A program made the position numbers and the translations under genes. From Macrostomum hystrix (Eukaryota > Animalia > Platyhelminthes), in NCBI GenBank assembly GCA_950097015.1, contig CATNEN010000034.1, positions 6,634,001 to 6,698,000 on the forward strand: DNA of 64,000 nt, given 5' to 3'. The notes beneath the pieces are model-generated. The model searched no databases, was not told the DNA's origin, and saw nothing but the letters and a program-made list of their open reading frames with translations. Positions 1 through 17,231 of the stretch are shown here, piece by piece; the first letter of the stretch is position 1; every line of letters begins with the position of its first letter.

Positions 1-55
1 ATGTCATTTAAATTTAAATTTTCTTCAGTACAATAGAGAAATTCTAGATATTGTA

Positions 56-1020
56 GATTCCATAGATCTTCAATTCCATAGATCTTCAGTTCCATAGATC
101 TTCAATTCTCTAGAAATCAATTCCGTAGATCTTCAATTCTCTAGATCTTCAGTTCCCTTGATCTTCAATCTCTAGAGTCTAGATCTTCATTATCTAGATC
201 TTCATTATCTAGATCTTCATTCTCTAGATCTTCATTCTCTAGGTCTTAAATTCTCTAGATCTTCAATTCTCTAGATCTTCAATTCTCTAGATCTTCAATT
301 CTCTAGATCTTCTATCTCTAGATCTTCAATTCCCTTGATCTTCAATCTCTAGATCTTCAATTTCCCTTGATCTTCAATCTCTAGATCTTGATTCTCTAGA
401 TCTTCATTCTCTAGATCGTCAATTCCCTTGATCTTCTATCTCTAGATCTTCAATTCTCTAGATCTTCAATTCTCTAGATCTTCAATTCTCTAGATCTTCA
501 ATTCTCTAGATCTTCAATTCTCTAGATCTTCATTCTCTAGATCTTCAATTCTCTAGATCTTCAATTCTCTAGATCTTCAATTCTCTAGATCTTCATTCTC
601 TAGATCTTCAATTCCCTTGATCTTCATTCTCTAGATCTTCAATTCCCTTGATCTTCAATCTCTAGATCTTCATTCTCTAGATCTTCATTCTCTAGATCGT
701 CAATTCCCTTGATCTTCAATCTCTAGATCTTCATTCTCTACATCTTCATTCTCTAGATCTTCAATTCCCTTGATCTTCATTCTCTAGATCTTCAATTCCC
801 TTGATCTTCAATCTCTAGATCTTCATTCTCTACATCTTCATTCTCTAGATCTTCAATTCCCTTGATCTTCAATATCTAGATCTTCAATATTTAGATCTTC
901 CTTCTCTAGATCTTCATTCTCTAGCCCAGTTCTCTATATCTTCAATTCTCTAGATCTTCATTCTCTAGATCTGCGATTCTCAAGACCCGTTCTCTAGATC
1001 ATTGGTTCTCTAGATCTGTC
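56..1020. repeat. 16-bp minisatellite (TCTAGATCTTCAATTC)n
   Basis: Period of 16 read directly; each unit carries overlapping palindromes TCTAGA/AGATCT; degenerate at both ends. Confidence 0.95.
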
Positions 1021-1484
1021 CTCTTGATTTCAATTCTCAGGAAAGTGCCTCTCTTTTAGATCGTCGACTTTGAAGATATTCTATATTTAGATTGTCGATT
1101 CGCAAGCATTCGTGGACTTTCCAATTCTTTAGCCTTTTTCAATCCAACAAAGCAAAGTTATTTTCCTACGGAAATATTTTTCAAATTATCCAATTAGCCA
1201 ATAGTTGAGTCTATTCTCTTTAATAGCGAACCGTGAGAAACCCAAAGTGAAATTATTCGGCATGGCTGCACCGAGGGCTGTTATAAACCGGTGACGCACT
1301 CGCTCCCCCCGCACTGAGCGAGGCTAGCAAGGGATTAACATTATGGACAGATTTAGCAGCTTACTGGAAGGATAAAACAAGTTAAAATAAGATTTTAGCA
1401 ATTATCCACTACAAGTTGAGGGTAGACTTCTTATCTTAAGTGGCGGAAAATTTGTTTCAGGCATGTTTTGCTTAAAAAAAGTCA

Positions 1485-2655
1485 TATCCTCATATCCTCA
1501 TATCCTCGTATCCCCAAATCCTCATATCCTCATATCCTCATATCCTCATATCCTCATATCCTCATATCCTCATATCCTCATATCCTCATATCCTTATATC
1601 CTCATATCCTCATATCCTCATATCCCCAAATCCTCATATCCTCATATCCTCATATCCTCATATCCTCATATCCTCACATCCTCACATCCTCATATCCTCA
1701 TATCCTCATTTCCTCATATCCTCATATCCTCACATCCTCACATCCTCATATCCTCATATCCTCATATCCTCATTTCCTCACATCCTCATATCCTCACATC
1801 CTCATATCCTCACATCCTCATATCCTCATATCCCCAAATCCTCATATCCTTATATCCTCATATCCTCACATCCTCATATCCTCACATCCTCATATCCTCA
1901 TATCCCCAAATCCTCATATCCTTATATCCTCATATCCTCACATCCTCATATCCTCATATCCTCATATCCTCATATCCTCATATCCTCATATCCCCAAATC
2001 CTCATATCCTCATATCCTCATATCCTCATATCCTCATATCCTCATATCCTCATATCCTCATATCCTCATATCCTCATATCCTCATATCCTCATATCCTCA
2101 TATCCTCATATCCTCATATCCTCATATCCCCAATCCTCATATCCTCATATCCTCATATCCTCATATCCTCATATCCTCACATCCTCACATCCTCATATCC
2201 TCATATCCTCATATCCTCATATCCTCATATCCTCACATCCTCACATCCTCATATCCTCATATCCTCATATCCTCATATCCTCACATCCTCATATCCTCAC
2301 ATCCTCATATCCTCACATCCTCATATCCTCATATCCTTATATCCTCATATCCTCATATCCTCATATCCTCATATCCTCATATCCTCACATCCTCACATCC
2401 TCATATCCTCACATCCTCATATCCTCATATCCCCAAATCCTCATATCCTTATATCCTCATATCCTCACATCCTCATATCCTCATATCCTCATATCCTCAT
2501 ATCCTCATATCCTCATATCCTCATATCCTCATATCCTCATATCCTCATATCCTCATATCCTCATATCCTCATATCCTCATATCCTCACATCCTCACATCC
2601 TCATATCCTCATATCCTCATATCCTCATATCCTCACATCCTCATATCCTTATATC
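1485..2655. repeat. 8-bp tandem repeat (TATCCTCA)n
   Basis: Direct reading; it explains the ILISSYPH-repeat ORFs 1463..2683 and 1468..2694. Confidence 0.97.
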
Positions 2656-2659
2656 CGAC

Positions 2660-2820
2660 AAGCTAATGCTGGCACCCATTTAACAGCTGGGTGAACTGAA
2701 GCATTGCCGTGTTAAGCATCTTTCTATCTTTCTACAGAACACAAATTGTTCCAGTGTAGTCGCGAATCGAACCCTTGACCTTAAATTCAGGAAAACGACG
2801 CTCTAACCACTAGGCTAAAA
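2660..2820 (-). mobile_element. tRNA-derived SINE-like element
   Basis: Minus strand reads TAGCCTAGTGG (A box, 2817-2807), then GGTTCGATT (B box, 2773-2765), then a body ending ATGCTTCAGTTCACCCAGCTGTTAAATGGGTGCC, which resembles the CTGTAAAATGGG segment of CORE-type SINEs. Confidence 0.7.
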
Positions 2821-2909
2821 CCACAACCTGTAGCCTAGGGGGTTGTAGCCTACAAATTAATACGATAGCATGCTAAATCTGTACACACTGTACACACTTG
2901 TACACTCAC

Positions 2910-5829
2910 CCAGCCTGTTGCCAGCGCCGCCAACATGGTAGATGTTAAACAAGCACACCAGCAGGATGAGGAACAGCACCGTGGTGCTGCAGTAGCTCAT
3001 GTAGAAAGTGGCTCCCAGGCCGCCGATGAAGGTGTAAGTGCCGATTATAGCACAGATCAGACAGGTGGCGTACTCAACGGAGAAGTCCTTGATGAGATTG
3101 GTGAGCACAGCAGTGCCGCCTGCGTGTGTTTGACAGTTTAACTGCTTGTTTATAAGGAATTTCATTGCCGAGAACCAGCATCCGGACAACATCGGTCCTA
3201 AATACACGTGTGCCGTTCCAAATTTCTATACTTGTGTCAGATTCCTAATTTCAGTCCTAGAATCCCTAATTCAGTCCTAGAATCCCTAATTCAGTCCCGA
3301 TCGAAAAGGTCTCAGAATCCCAAGAACTACCGTCTCAGAATCTCAAAACTACAGTCTCAGAGTCCCAAAATTCTGAGAGGCTGAGACTCACCAAGCATTA
3401 GCATGGCCGTCACAATGACATTGGTCATCAGGGCGAAGACGCAGAAGGTGATGTGGGTGGCCCGGTCAAACCTGGCCCGAATCACCTGCAGGAAGGTCTT
3501 GGCTCCAGGTGCTCGAATCCGCAGCTGTACGGAGATGACGGAGAACAGTAGGATCTGGACGGTGGCCCCGGCAGCGTACCAGAAGCTGCCGGAGATGCCG
3601 TAGCGACTGGCAACTCCGGAGGACTGCAGGAGGGTGGCTGCCCAGGTCCACTGGCTGACAAGGGTTGTGGCGGTCAGGCCCATGCTCACATTGCCACCAG
3701 CATCGAATGAGTTGTCGCCGGTGTCCTTTTGAAGGCAATAATTTGTGCGAGTTCCATAGGCTTCACTGACTAATCGAGGGGAGCGTGTTTGTCTGGTAAG
3801 AGGAGTGGGGAGGGTGTTTGTCTGGTTAGAGGAGTGGGGAGGGTGTTTGTCTGGTAAGAGGAGTGGGGAGGGTGTTTGTCTGGTTAGAGGAGTGGGGAGG
3901 GTGTTTGTCTGGTAAGAGGAGTGGGGAGGGTGTTTGTCTGGTTAGAGGAGTGGGGAGGGTGTTTGTCTGGTTAGAGGAGTGGGGAGGGTGTTTGTCTGGT
4001 TAGAGGAGTGGGGAGGGTGTTTGTCTGGTAAGAGGAGTGGGGAGGGTGTTTGTCTGGTTAGAGGAGTGGGGAGGGTGTTTGTCTGGTAAGAGGAGTGGGG
4101 AGGGTGTTTGTCTGGTTAGAGGAGTGGGGAGGGTGTTTGTCTGGTAAGAGGAGTGCGGAGGGTGTTTGTCTGGTTAGAGGAGTGGGAGGGTGTTTGTCTG
4201 GTAAGAGGAGTGGGGAGGGTGTTTGTCTGGTTAGAGGAGTGGGGAGGGTGTTTGTCTGGTTAGAGGAGTGGGGAGGGTGTTTGTCTGGTTAGAGGAGTGG
4301 GGAGGGTGTTTGTCTGGTAAGAGGAGTGGGGAGGGTGTTTGTCTGGTTAGAGGAGTGGGGAGGGTGTTTGTCTGGTTAGAGGAGTGGGGAGGGTGTTTGT
4401 CTGGTTAGAGGAGTGGGGAGGGTGTTTGTCTGGTTAGAGGAGTGGGGAGGGTGTTTGTCTGGTAAGAGGAGTGGGGAGGGTGTTTGTCTGGTTAGAGGAG
4501 TGGGGGAGGGTGTTTGTCTGGTTAGAGGAGTGGGGAGGGTGTTTGTCTGGTTAGAGGGGTGGGGAGGGTGTTTATCTGGTTAGAGGAGTGGGGAGGGTGT
4601 TTGTCTGATTATAGGAGTGGGGAGGGTTTTTGTCTGATTCGACATGGGGTTGTTGGTCGGTGGGGTGTGGCGCGGGGGGCGCTATGCTGTATTAGTGCAG
4701 CAATCAAGTCAAAGCCAGACGGCAACTTCCTATCCGATTCATCATTGTGAAACGCTTTGATTAATAATGAATTGTAACAGGAGATCTATTTAATTAATGT
4801 GCTTCCGTGTTTTTTCATTTCCTCACGCCATTCTGTTTAGTTCCCTGGAAAGTTGCGGTATCGCTCTGCTTCACTTAATCAGACACTTTCACTTTCAGAA
4901 CAGAAAGGCGATTTCAATTTTTAAAAGGCTGACGGAAACAAAACAAAAGAATGTTTTAATGAAACTAGCAATGCAGGATATGCATGTAATAAATGAAGTA
5001 TTTAGTATCTATAACCTCTTTGACTTCGACTATATAAAATTATAAATAATAACGGTGCTGCACTAATTGTACGAGCGCATTAGAAAACAAATGCTATAGA
5101 ACAGAAAGATTTGAAAAGCTGTGTTGAGTTTGACCTAATCAAGAAGCGGAATTGCACTAGCAGCCAATAATGCTCGTAAGTTATCTAGGGCTAAGGGACG
5201 TTAGGAAATAATTTCTGATCTAAAGTGTATCAGAATCACATAGCAGCAGCCAATCAGAATTGAGCCAGGGGTAGAGAGGTTAAAAAATAAGTGCTGAGTG
5301 CTAAACTGCATCGGAATCGCATTGCCGCAGCCAATCAGGGTCAAGGTTAGGGGTTGAGAAGTGCAGAGCTTAAGTGATGGAAAATTCGGATTGGATGCAC
5401 GCGCAGCTAATTATTTTTCAGATAGGGGAGAGAGACGCATGGCTGCTGAACTCAAGTGGATAGGAATAGGATAGAAATGTACCCTTAGTCAATCAGAATT
5501 GAGGAAGGGTAGAGAGAGAAGAAATATTCTTGGAGCCTATTCTTATATCCAATCAGAATTGATGCAGACTGGCTTATAAAATGAAATTTAATTTCTAGGA
5601 ATCCTTCAGTCTATAATAGCAGCCGCACCTGGTGCTTGTAGACTCGATCAGTAAGCAGTTGAAACAGCTTGGCAACCACGACAGAGATGCAGCCGATTAT
5701 CACCATGATAGCCAGGGCTGTGTTAGATGAGAACGTTGCCTGAATACCCACTCGAGAATAGTTGCTAGGCGAGTCAATTTGATTGGCCAGAAAACTGGCA
5801 TTGCAAGCTGCCTGCTTGGCTGCATCCAT
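2910..5829 (-). CDS. DUR3: DUR3-like urea transporter, sodium:solute symporter (SSS) family; 5' part only, gene continues left of 2910
   Basis: Exons 5829-5629 (67 codons, phase 0, CAG|gtgcgg), 3725-3392 (phase 1, G|gtgagt) and 3119-2910. Spliced product: ...[60 protein letters not shown]...TNVIVTAMLMLG-GTAVL...[34 protein letters not shown].Q and GGL.ATF..SY are DUR3 hallmarks. Confidence 0.9.
3780..4615. repeat. 29-bp minisatellite (GGGAGGGTGTTTGTCTGGTTAGAGGAGTG)n in DUR3 intron 1
   Basis: Period of 29 read directly. Confidence 0.95.
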
Positions 5830-6059
5830 TTTATCCTCGCCTTCAATGATTTGAAATAGTTCTTCAGTTTTTCACATGTGACGCATGCAATATAGAATAC
5901 AGAAATGTCACTTGCACTATGATTCTCTGAGCTAAATCTGCATTTAGGACTTTCTTAACATTTCTGTAAATATTTCAACATATAATTCTAGAGTCTCCCA
6001 GACCCAAAATGAAGGTCAACCAGACTTTCTCCAATTGGAACCTGCAAGATCCCTTTTTA

Positions 6060-6625
6060 GAACCTGCCAGATCCCCAATTAGAATATGCCAGATCCCTAT
6101 TTAGAACCTGCCAGATCCCCAATTAGAATATGCCAGCTCCCTATTTAGAATCTGCCAGATCCCTATTTAGAATCTGCCAGATCCCTATTTAGAATCTGCC
6201 AGATCCCTATTTAGAATCTGCCAGATCCCTATTTAGAATCTGCCAGATCCCTATTTAGAATCTGCCAGCTCCCTATTTAGAATCTGCCAGCTCCCTATTT
6301 AGAATCTGCCAGCTCCCTATTTAGAATCTGCCAGCTCCCCAATTAGAATCTGCCAGCTCCCTATTTAGAATCTGCCAGCTCCCTATTTAGAATCTGCCAG
6401 ATCCCTATTTAGAATCTGCCAGCTCCCCAATTAGAATCTGCCAGCTCCCTATTTAGAATCTGCCAGATCCCTATTTAGAATCTGCCAGATCCCTATTTAG
6501 AATCTGCCAGCTCCCTATTTAGAATCTGCCAGATCCCTATTTAGAATCTGCCAGCTCCCTATTTAGAATCTGCCAGATCCCTATTTAGAATCTGCCAGAT
6601 GCCCAATCAGAATTTGCCAGATCGC
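6060..6625. repeat. 22-bp minisatellite (CTGCCAGATCCCTATTTAGAAT)n
   Basis: Period of 22 read directly. Confidence 0.95.
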
Positions 6626-7364
6626 CAGTTCCAAATGTCGAACGAGAAAAGTGAAGTTTATTTAAAAATGCTGCAAACTGAGCAACTTACCTTTTTTGAA
6701 GAAATTATCTGATAACTCTGCTTATAAAAATGAGCCAAGGATAAGATAACGAGCCTGCACTTGTCTTCCTATAAGTGAATAAGTAATGCCGCTTCTATAG
6801 AGACAGCCCCAGGCTTGGTTAGCAACAGTTCAGGCATTGGCTGTGCCAGCTTTATCCAACCGAAAGAGACGTCATTTTTCCTATTCGTCATTCTTCTTAC
6901 TAAAAAGAAAAGACATCAAACTCACTTCTGTATTCTTGCTTTGAGCAGTGTTGCTTTGAGCAGTGTTGCTTTAGAAGCAAAAAAATTTACAAAAATGTTT
7001 TATTTAAATAATTTTCTGATAAATTGAGAGGGCCAGAAGCCTATTAAATATTTTCATATTCTTGTACGACCCAGGTCCGCCATAAATAAAGTACAATATC
7101 GGTATCTATAAATGTACGAGGCCACGGTGTTAAGGGCACCCAGTGTTGATGCTGGTTTGGCGATATGTATCGAAATTGTCAAAACGAATTTCTCGATTCT
7201 TTTAGAGCATCCGTAATTAAATGATAATAAGTAGTGAAATTAATATTGAGAGACAGCATGCACGTGAAAGACAGTCACGAACAGGGAGGCGTGAAGACGG
7301 AGAAAATTTATCTTTTTTCATCAGCGATTCCAACGAACTGCTAGTCAATGGGATCCACAGAGCC

Positions 7365-8000
7365 AGCAGTCAGAAGTCAGCAGTCAGCAGTCAGAAGTCA
7401 GAAGTCAGCAGTCAGCAGTCAGAAGTCAGAAGTCAGAAGTCAGTAGTCTGCAGTCAGCAGTCAGCAGTCAGCAGTCAGCAGTCAGCAGTCAGCAGTCAGC
7501 AGTCAGCAGTCAGCAGTCAGTAGTCAGCAGTCAGCAGTCAGCAGTCAGCAGTCAGTAGTCAGCAGTCTGCAGTCAGCAGTCAGCAGTCAGAAGTCAGAAG
7601 TCAGTAGTCTGCAGTCAGCAGTCAGCAGTCAGCAGTCAGCAGTCAGCAGTCAGCAGTCAGCAGTCAGCAGTCAGCAGTCAGTAGTCAGCAGTCAGCAGTC
7701 AGCAGTCAGCAGTCAGTAGTCAGCAGTCAGCAGTCAGCAGTCAGCAGTCAGTAGTCAGCAGTCTGCAGTCAGCAGTCAGCAGTCAGCAGTCAGCAGTCAG
7801 CAGTCAGCAGTCAGCAGTCAGCAGTCAGCAGTCAGCAGTCAGCAGTCAGCAGTCAGCAGTCAGCAGTCAGCAGTCAGCAGTCAGCAGTCAGCAGTCAGCA
7901 GTCAGCAGTCAGAAGTCAGTAGTCAGCAGTCAGCAGTCAGTAGTCAGCAGTCAGCAGTCAGCAGTCAGCAGTCAGCAGTCAGCAGTCAGCAGTCAGCAGT
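7365..8000. repeat. 7-bp repeat (AGTCAGC)n starting just past the stop codon of the TIR gene
   Basis: Direct reading. Confidence 0.95.
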
Positions 8001-8030
8001 CAGAAGCCAGCAGGTCAGCAGTTCAGCAGG

Positions 8031-12626
<4,596 letters not shown>

Positions 12627-13261
12627 GCTGTGTGCGTGTGTTCAGACTGTCTGTGGAGCGAAAACAGTCACTTGCGTGTAAGCCACGGAAATATATGCAC
12701 AATGCGAGACTGAAGGCTGGAATGAACTTGCGGACAGAGGGGAGACCTCCCACCCCGCGGTTCAATTATTCAATAAGCAAGCGATGGCACAATGAGAGTA
12801 TGAGAGAGAGAGCATTGCGACAGTGGTAGCATAGCGCACTAGAATTTAAGGAAGAATAAATCCCCTTAGATCCCATGGATTTACCTTCTCAATCTTCCCA
12901 TATCTCTCCCCACACTCATTCTATAAAATTCAGCATCGTAATCGGTTATATAGAAAGAGGGGATTAGTTGTCATTGGCATCCAATCATATTGTGCATTCT
13001 AAATTCACATAATTTACATTTTGTACTTTATGTCAGCGACAAGCAAGCTATAACGCTATCAGTTAATGAACTGGCGAAACGATCTACTATTTGTGAATTT
13101 AAAGTTTCTTCAGAAGAGTTTAATTATCGAGAAATTATAAGAACCCGTTGTGTCTGATTTCCCTTGAGTGAACTCATGAGTAGTTATAAGAAAAAATAAA
13201 AAATTAAAAAGAAGAAAAATTAAAAATAAACACATGTGATATGAATCGCATGGAGCCATGT

Positions 13262-13838
13262 TACAGCCTAATGATCTACCTGAATAATAGGTAGACACAA
13301 CCTAATGATCTACCTGAATAATAGGTAGACACAGCCTAATGATCTACCTGAATAATAGGTAGACACAGCCTAATGATCTACCTGAATAATAGGTAGACAC
13401 AGCCTAATGATCTACCTGAAGAATAGGTAGACACAGCCTAATGATCTACCTGAATAATAGGTAGACACAGCCTAATGATCTACCTGAAGAATAGGTAGAC
13501 ACAACCTAATGATCTACCTGAATAATAGGTAGACACAGCCTAATGATCTACCTGAATAATAGGTAGACACAGCCTAATGATCTACCTGAATAATAGGTAG
13601 ACACAGCCTAATGATCTACCTGAAGAATAGGTAGACACAGCCTAATGATCTACCTGAATAATAGGTAGACACAGCCTAATGATCTACCTGAAGAATAGGT
13701 AGACACAGCCTAATGATCTACCTGAATAATAGGTAGACACAGCCTAATGATCTACCTGAATAATAGGTAGACACAAGCCTAATGATCTACCTGAAGAATA
13801 GGTAGACACAGCCTAATGATCTACCTGAATAATAGGTA
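13262..13838. repeat. 34-bp minisatellite with internal hairpin
   Basis: Unit ACAGCCTAATGATCTACCTGAATAATAGGTAGAC; TCTACCT/AGGTAGA are reverse complements; no spacers between units. Confidence 0.95.
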
Positions 13839-14294
13839 ATTACTGTCTAAATATGTCTGGTATTTCTAAATCAAATCAGTGCAGATTATTTGAGAAAGAT
13901 TATATTACCTTTGTTAAGTTAGCAACAACTTAGAAACTCCTGTTTCAAGTTTCTGAGATTGCAGTTTGCTAGTAGAAACTCATGAGAAGACCTGTGGGCC
14001 TTTCTTCTTCCACTGGAAAGCGTGGTCGATCTAATGCTTCATTAGAATGCTTCTCTAAATTGAGAGCGAGATGGAGAGACCTCTCTTGCCAGCGGCCTCT
14101 CAAACTTCTAAGAATAAAAGTGGACGAGAAAGCTTTCGTCAACCATAAAAAAACTGGGAGGGATAGAGATGGAGAGAGAGAGAGAGGGGGACGAAGGGCG
14201 AAAGAAGCCCACAAGACCAAACCACCCAGCAACCACCCAGCAACTGTGCAACCGACGCTTCAGTCTCTCTAGTCTGGTGTGTACTGTACTATTT

Positions 14295-14516
<222 letters not shown>

Positions 14517-14939
14517 GTACATTGCGCTTATGTAACCAACCCAAAATCTGCCTTTCTTCTTTCTGTCAGCATTTTCATTCGGAAGAAACTGGGGCTAAGG
14601 CCTCAAAGAAGTATAATAGCACATTGCCAACATTCTGACCCAAACCTTAAACACGCCCCAACTAGTCAAATAGAGAGTTTGTGGGCGCATATTTTGGGGC
14701 GGGTTGTTGGGCACGGTTGGGTCTGGGGTGTATTGCTGGGGCTAGCGGCACCGAGTCAGCAATGTACATTTCGTAATCTCTAACGAGTTGTGTTAGGGTT
14801 AGGGCTAAGCATTTAGTCTCAAATGGACTGAGCTCGGTTAGGTAAAAACTTCACGTTCAATGGGTCCACAATTTTCTCTCTTCTCTCTCTCCTCTACTGG
14901 TTAAAATCGAATGCAGTGAGTGACTGAGCAGGGAGGGTA

Positions 14940-15091
14940 CTTAGCTTGGTCTGTGAACCGGAAGTCGCGGAAATCTTTATTATTCTAATCGAATAGCAAT
15001 TCGCGCATTTCGTCTATCATTATTAAATCGAAATAAAAAAGTTCGAATTCGTTTCCTGATTAGTTCTGTGTCTATCTGAGAACAGGTGAGT
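14940..15091 (+). promoter_or_regulatory. Possible promoter and non-coding first exon of the membrane-protein gene
   Basis: CCGGAAGT (ETS-type core) near 14958 and a strong donor CAG|GTGAGT at 15085/15086. The link to the exon at ~16626 is inferred. Confidence 0.3.
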
Positions 15092-15343
15092 CATTTGGAT
15101 AATTAAAAGCCAAGTCTTTCATAATCGTATTAGATTATGTGTGTAGACTAGTCTATTTTTACATTTATTTAGACTTGGAGAGCGTTGCTGATGGGTCTGG
15201 GGTGTCTGGGGATCTTGCCAGGTCCGTGCTTCAGAAAAACTATTTTAGTATACGAAAGCCACAAAGGACTTGCGTGCTAGGTTTTATTCAATCGAACTCT
15301 ATCGAATTGAAATCCTTTATTTGTCACTCAACCGACTCGGATG

Positions 15344-16615
15344 CATGACCAACTCAATCCTAACATGACCAACTCAATCCTAACATGACCAACTCAATCC
15401 TAACATGACCAACTCAATCCTAGCATGACCAACTCAATCCTACCATGACCAACTCAATCCTACCATGACCAACTCAATCCTACCATGACCAACTCAATCC
15501 TAACATGAACAGCTCAATCCTAACTTGACCAACTCAATCCTAACATGACCAACTCAATCCTAACATGAACAACTCAATCCTAACATGACCAACTCAATCC
15601 TAACATGAACAACTCAATCCTAACATGACCAACTCAATCCTAACATGACCAACTCAATCCTAACATGAACAACTCAATCCTAACATGACCAACTCAATCC
15701 TAACATGACCAACTCAATCCTAGCATGACCAACTCAATCCTAACATGACCAACTCAATCCTAGCATGACCAACTCAATCCTAACATGACCAACTCAATCC
15801 TAGCATGACCAACTCAATCCTACCATGAACAGCTCAATCCTAACATGAACAGCTCAATCCTAACATGACCAGCTCAATCCTAACATGAACAACTCAATCC
15901 TAACATGACCAGCTCAATCCTAACATGACCAACTCAATCCTAACATGAACAGCTCAATCCTAACATGACCAACTCAATCCTAACATGAACAACTCAATCC
16001 TACTATGACCAACTCAATCCTAACATGACCAACTCAATCCTAACATGACCAACTCAATCCTAGCATGACCAACTCAATCCTAACATGACCAACTCAATCC
16101 TAACATGAACAGCTCAATCCTAACATGACCAACTCAATCCTAACATGAACAGCTCAATCCTAACATGACCAACTCCATCCTACCATGACCAACTCAATCC
16201 TAACATGAACAGCTCAATCCTAACATGACCAACTCAATCCAAGAATGACCAACTTAATTCTAGCATGACAAACATAATTTTCATTGACCAACTCCATCTT
16301 CCATGACCAACTCAATCTTGCATGAACAACTCAATCTTCCATGACCAACTCAATCTTCCATGACCAACTCCATCTTCCTTGACCAACCCAATCTTCCATG
16401 ACCAACTCAATCTTCCATGACCAACTCAATCTTCCATGACCAACTCAATCTTGCATGACCAGCCCAATCTTCCATGACCAACCCAATCTCCCATGACCAA
16501 CCCAATCTTCCATGACCAACTCAATCTTGCATGACCAACTGAATCTTCCATGACCAACTCAATCTTGCATGACCAGCCCAATCTTCCATGACCAACCCAA
16601 TCTTCCATGACCAAC
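15344..16615. repeat. 20-bp minisatellite (ATGACCAACTCAATCCTAAC)n, shifting to a 19-bp variant near 16250
   Basis: Period of 20 read directly; the array abuts the coding exon. Confidence 0.95.
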
Positions 16616-16633
16616 CCAACGCCAGCAAGCAGC

Positions 16634-17107
16634 ATGGCCGGCCTGGACCCGTACGAAGAGCGCCTGTTGATCGCGCTGCTTGGCGGCGGAGTGGCGCTGA
16701 TCTTTGCCATCGCCCTGGGCATCATCTGCTGCCGGAAGTACCGCTTGGACCGTAGCGCCCCAGGCGGCGGCGCCGGCGGAGGAGGCAAAGATCGCCAGTG
16801 GGCGGTCATGCAGCAGCACCAGCAGCTGATGTACAACCGGCAGCACGGCCAGCAGCCGGCCTACTTTCCTACCGGCCACAAGACCAATGTAAACATGGAC
16901 CCGGCCTATCTAGACCCGGCCAGGGGCATCAACCTGGTTGCCGGTCCGCCGCCGCCACAGGCCAACCTCAACCCCACCTACGCCTCGGCTGTGCATCAGC
17001 AGAGACCAGTCACTCAACAGAACATCGACAACACCGCCTATGCCAGCGTACCTGTACCATTCGGCCGCCCGGCCGCTGGCATGAGCTACTCGTCTCATCA
17101 GGTTTAG
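16634..17107 (+). CDS. Small single-pass membrane protein (157 aa) with Tyr-rich cytoplasmic tail
   Basis: MAGLDPYEERLLIALLGGGVALIFAIALGIICCRKYR: one hydrophobic helix followed by CC and basic residues. The tail contains DPAY, NPTY and NTAY. GC3-rich codons; AG acceptors at 16625 and 16632 precede the ATG. Could instead be the last exon of a longer protein. Confidence 0.75.
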   Translation: MAGLDPYEERLLIALLGGGVALIFAIALGIICCRKYRLDRSAPGGGAGGGGKDRQWAVMQQHQQLMYNRQHGQQPAYFPTGHKTNVNMDPAYLDPARGINLVAGPPPPQANLNPTYASAVHQQRPVTQQNIDNTAYASVPVPFGRPAAGMSYSSHQV

Positions 17108-17231
17108 AGAGGCCTGTGAGCTGGCCTGGTCAGACAATCATTCCGTTTGGGACTCGATATAGCAGTTAGTCATCCACTCATTCGATTGATCTCTTGCCGC
17201 CAATCCCTCCTTTGATTTATTAGACAGCCAC

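Noticed and set aside
1463-2694. 400-aa ILISSYPH ORFs
   Set aside because: Translation of the (TATCCTCA)n repeat; no stop is possible in these frames.
2750-2820. Functional tRNA gene
   Set aside because: A and B boxes are present but I could not fold a convincing acceptor stem or anticodon arm, and a SINE-like body follows.
5150-5570. Cluster of CCAATCAG motifs in DUR3 intron 1
   Set aside because: Irregular spacing and probably a decayed repeat; no evidence of regulatory function.
13262-13838. CRISPR-like palindromic 34-bp repeats
   Set aside because: Units are contiguous with no unique spacers, there are no cas genes, and the context is eukaryotic.
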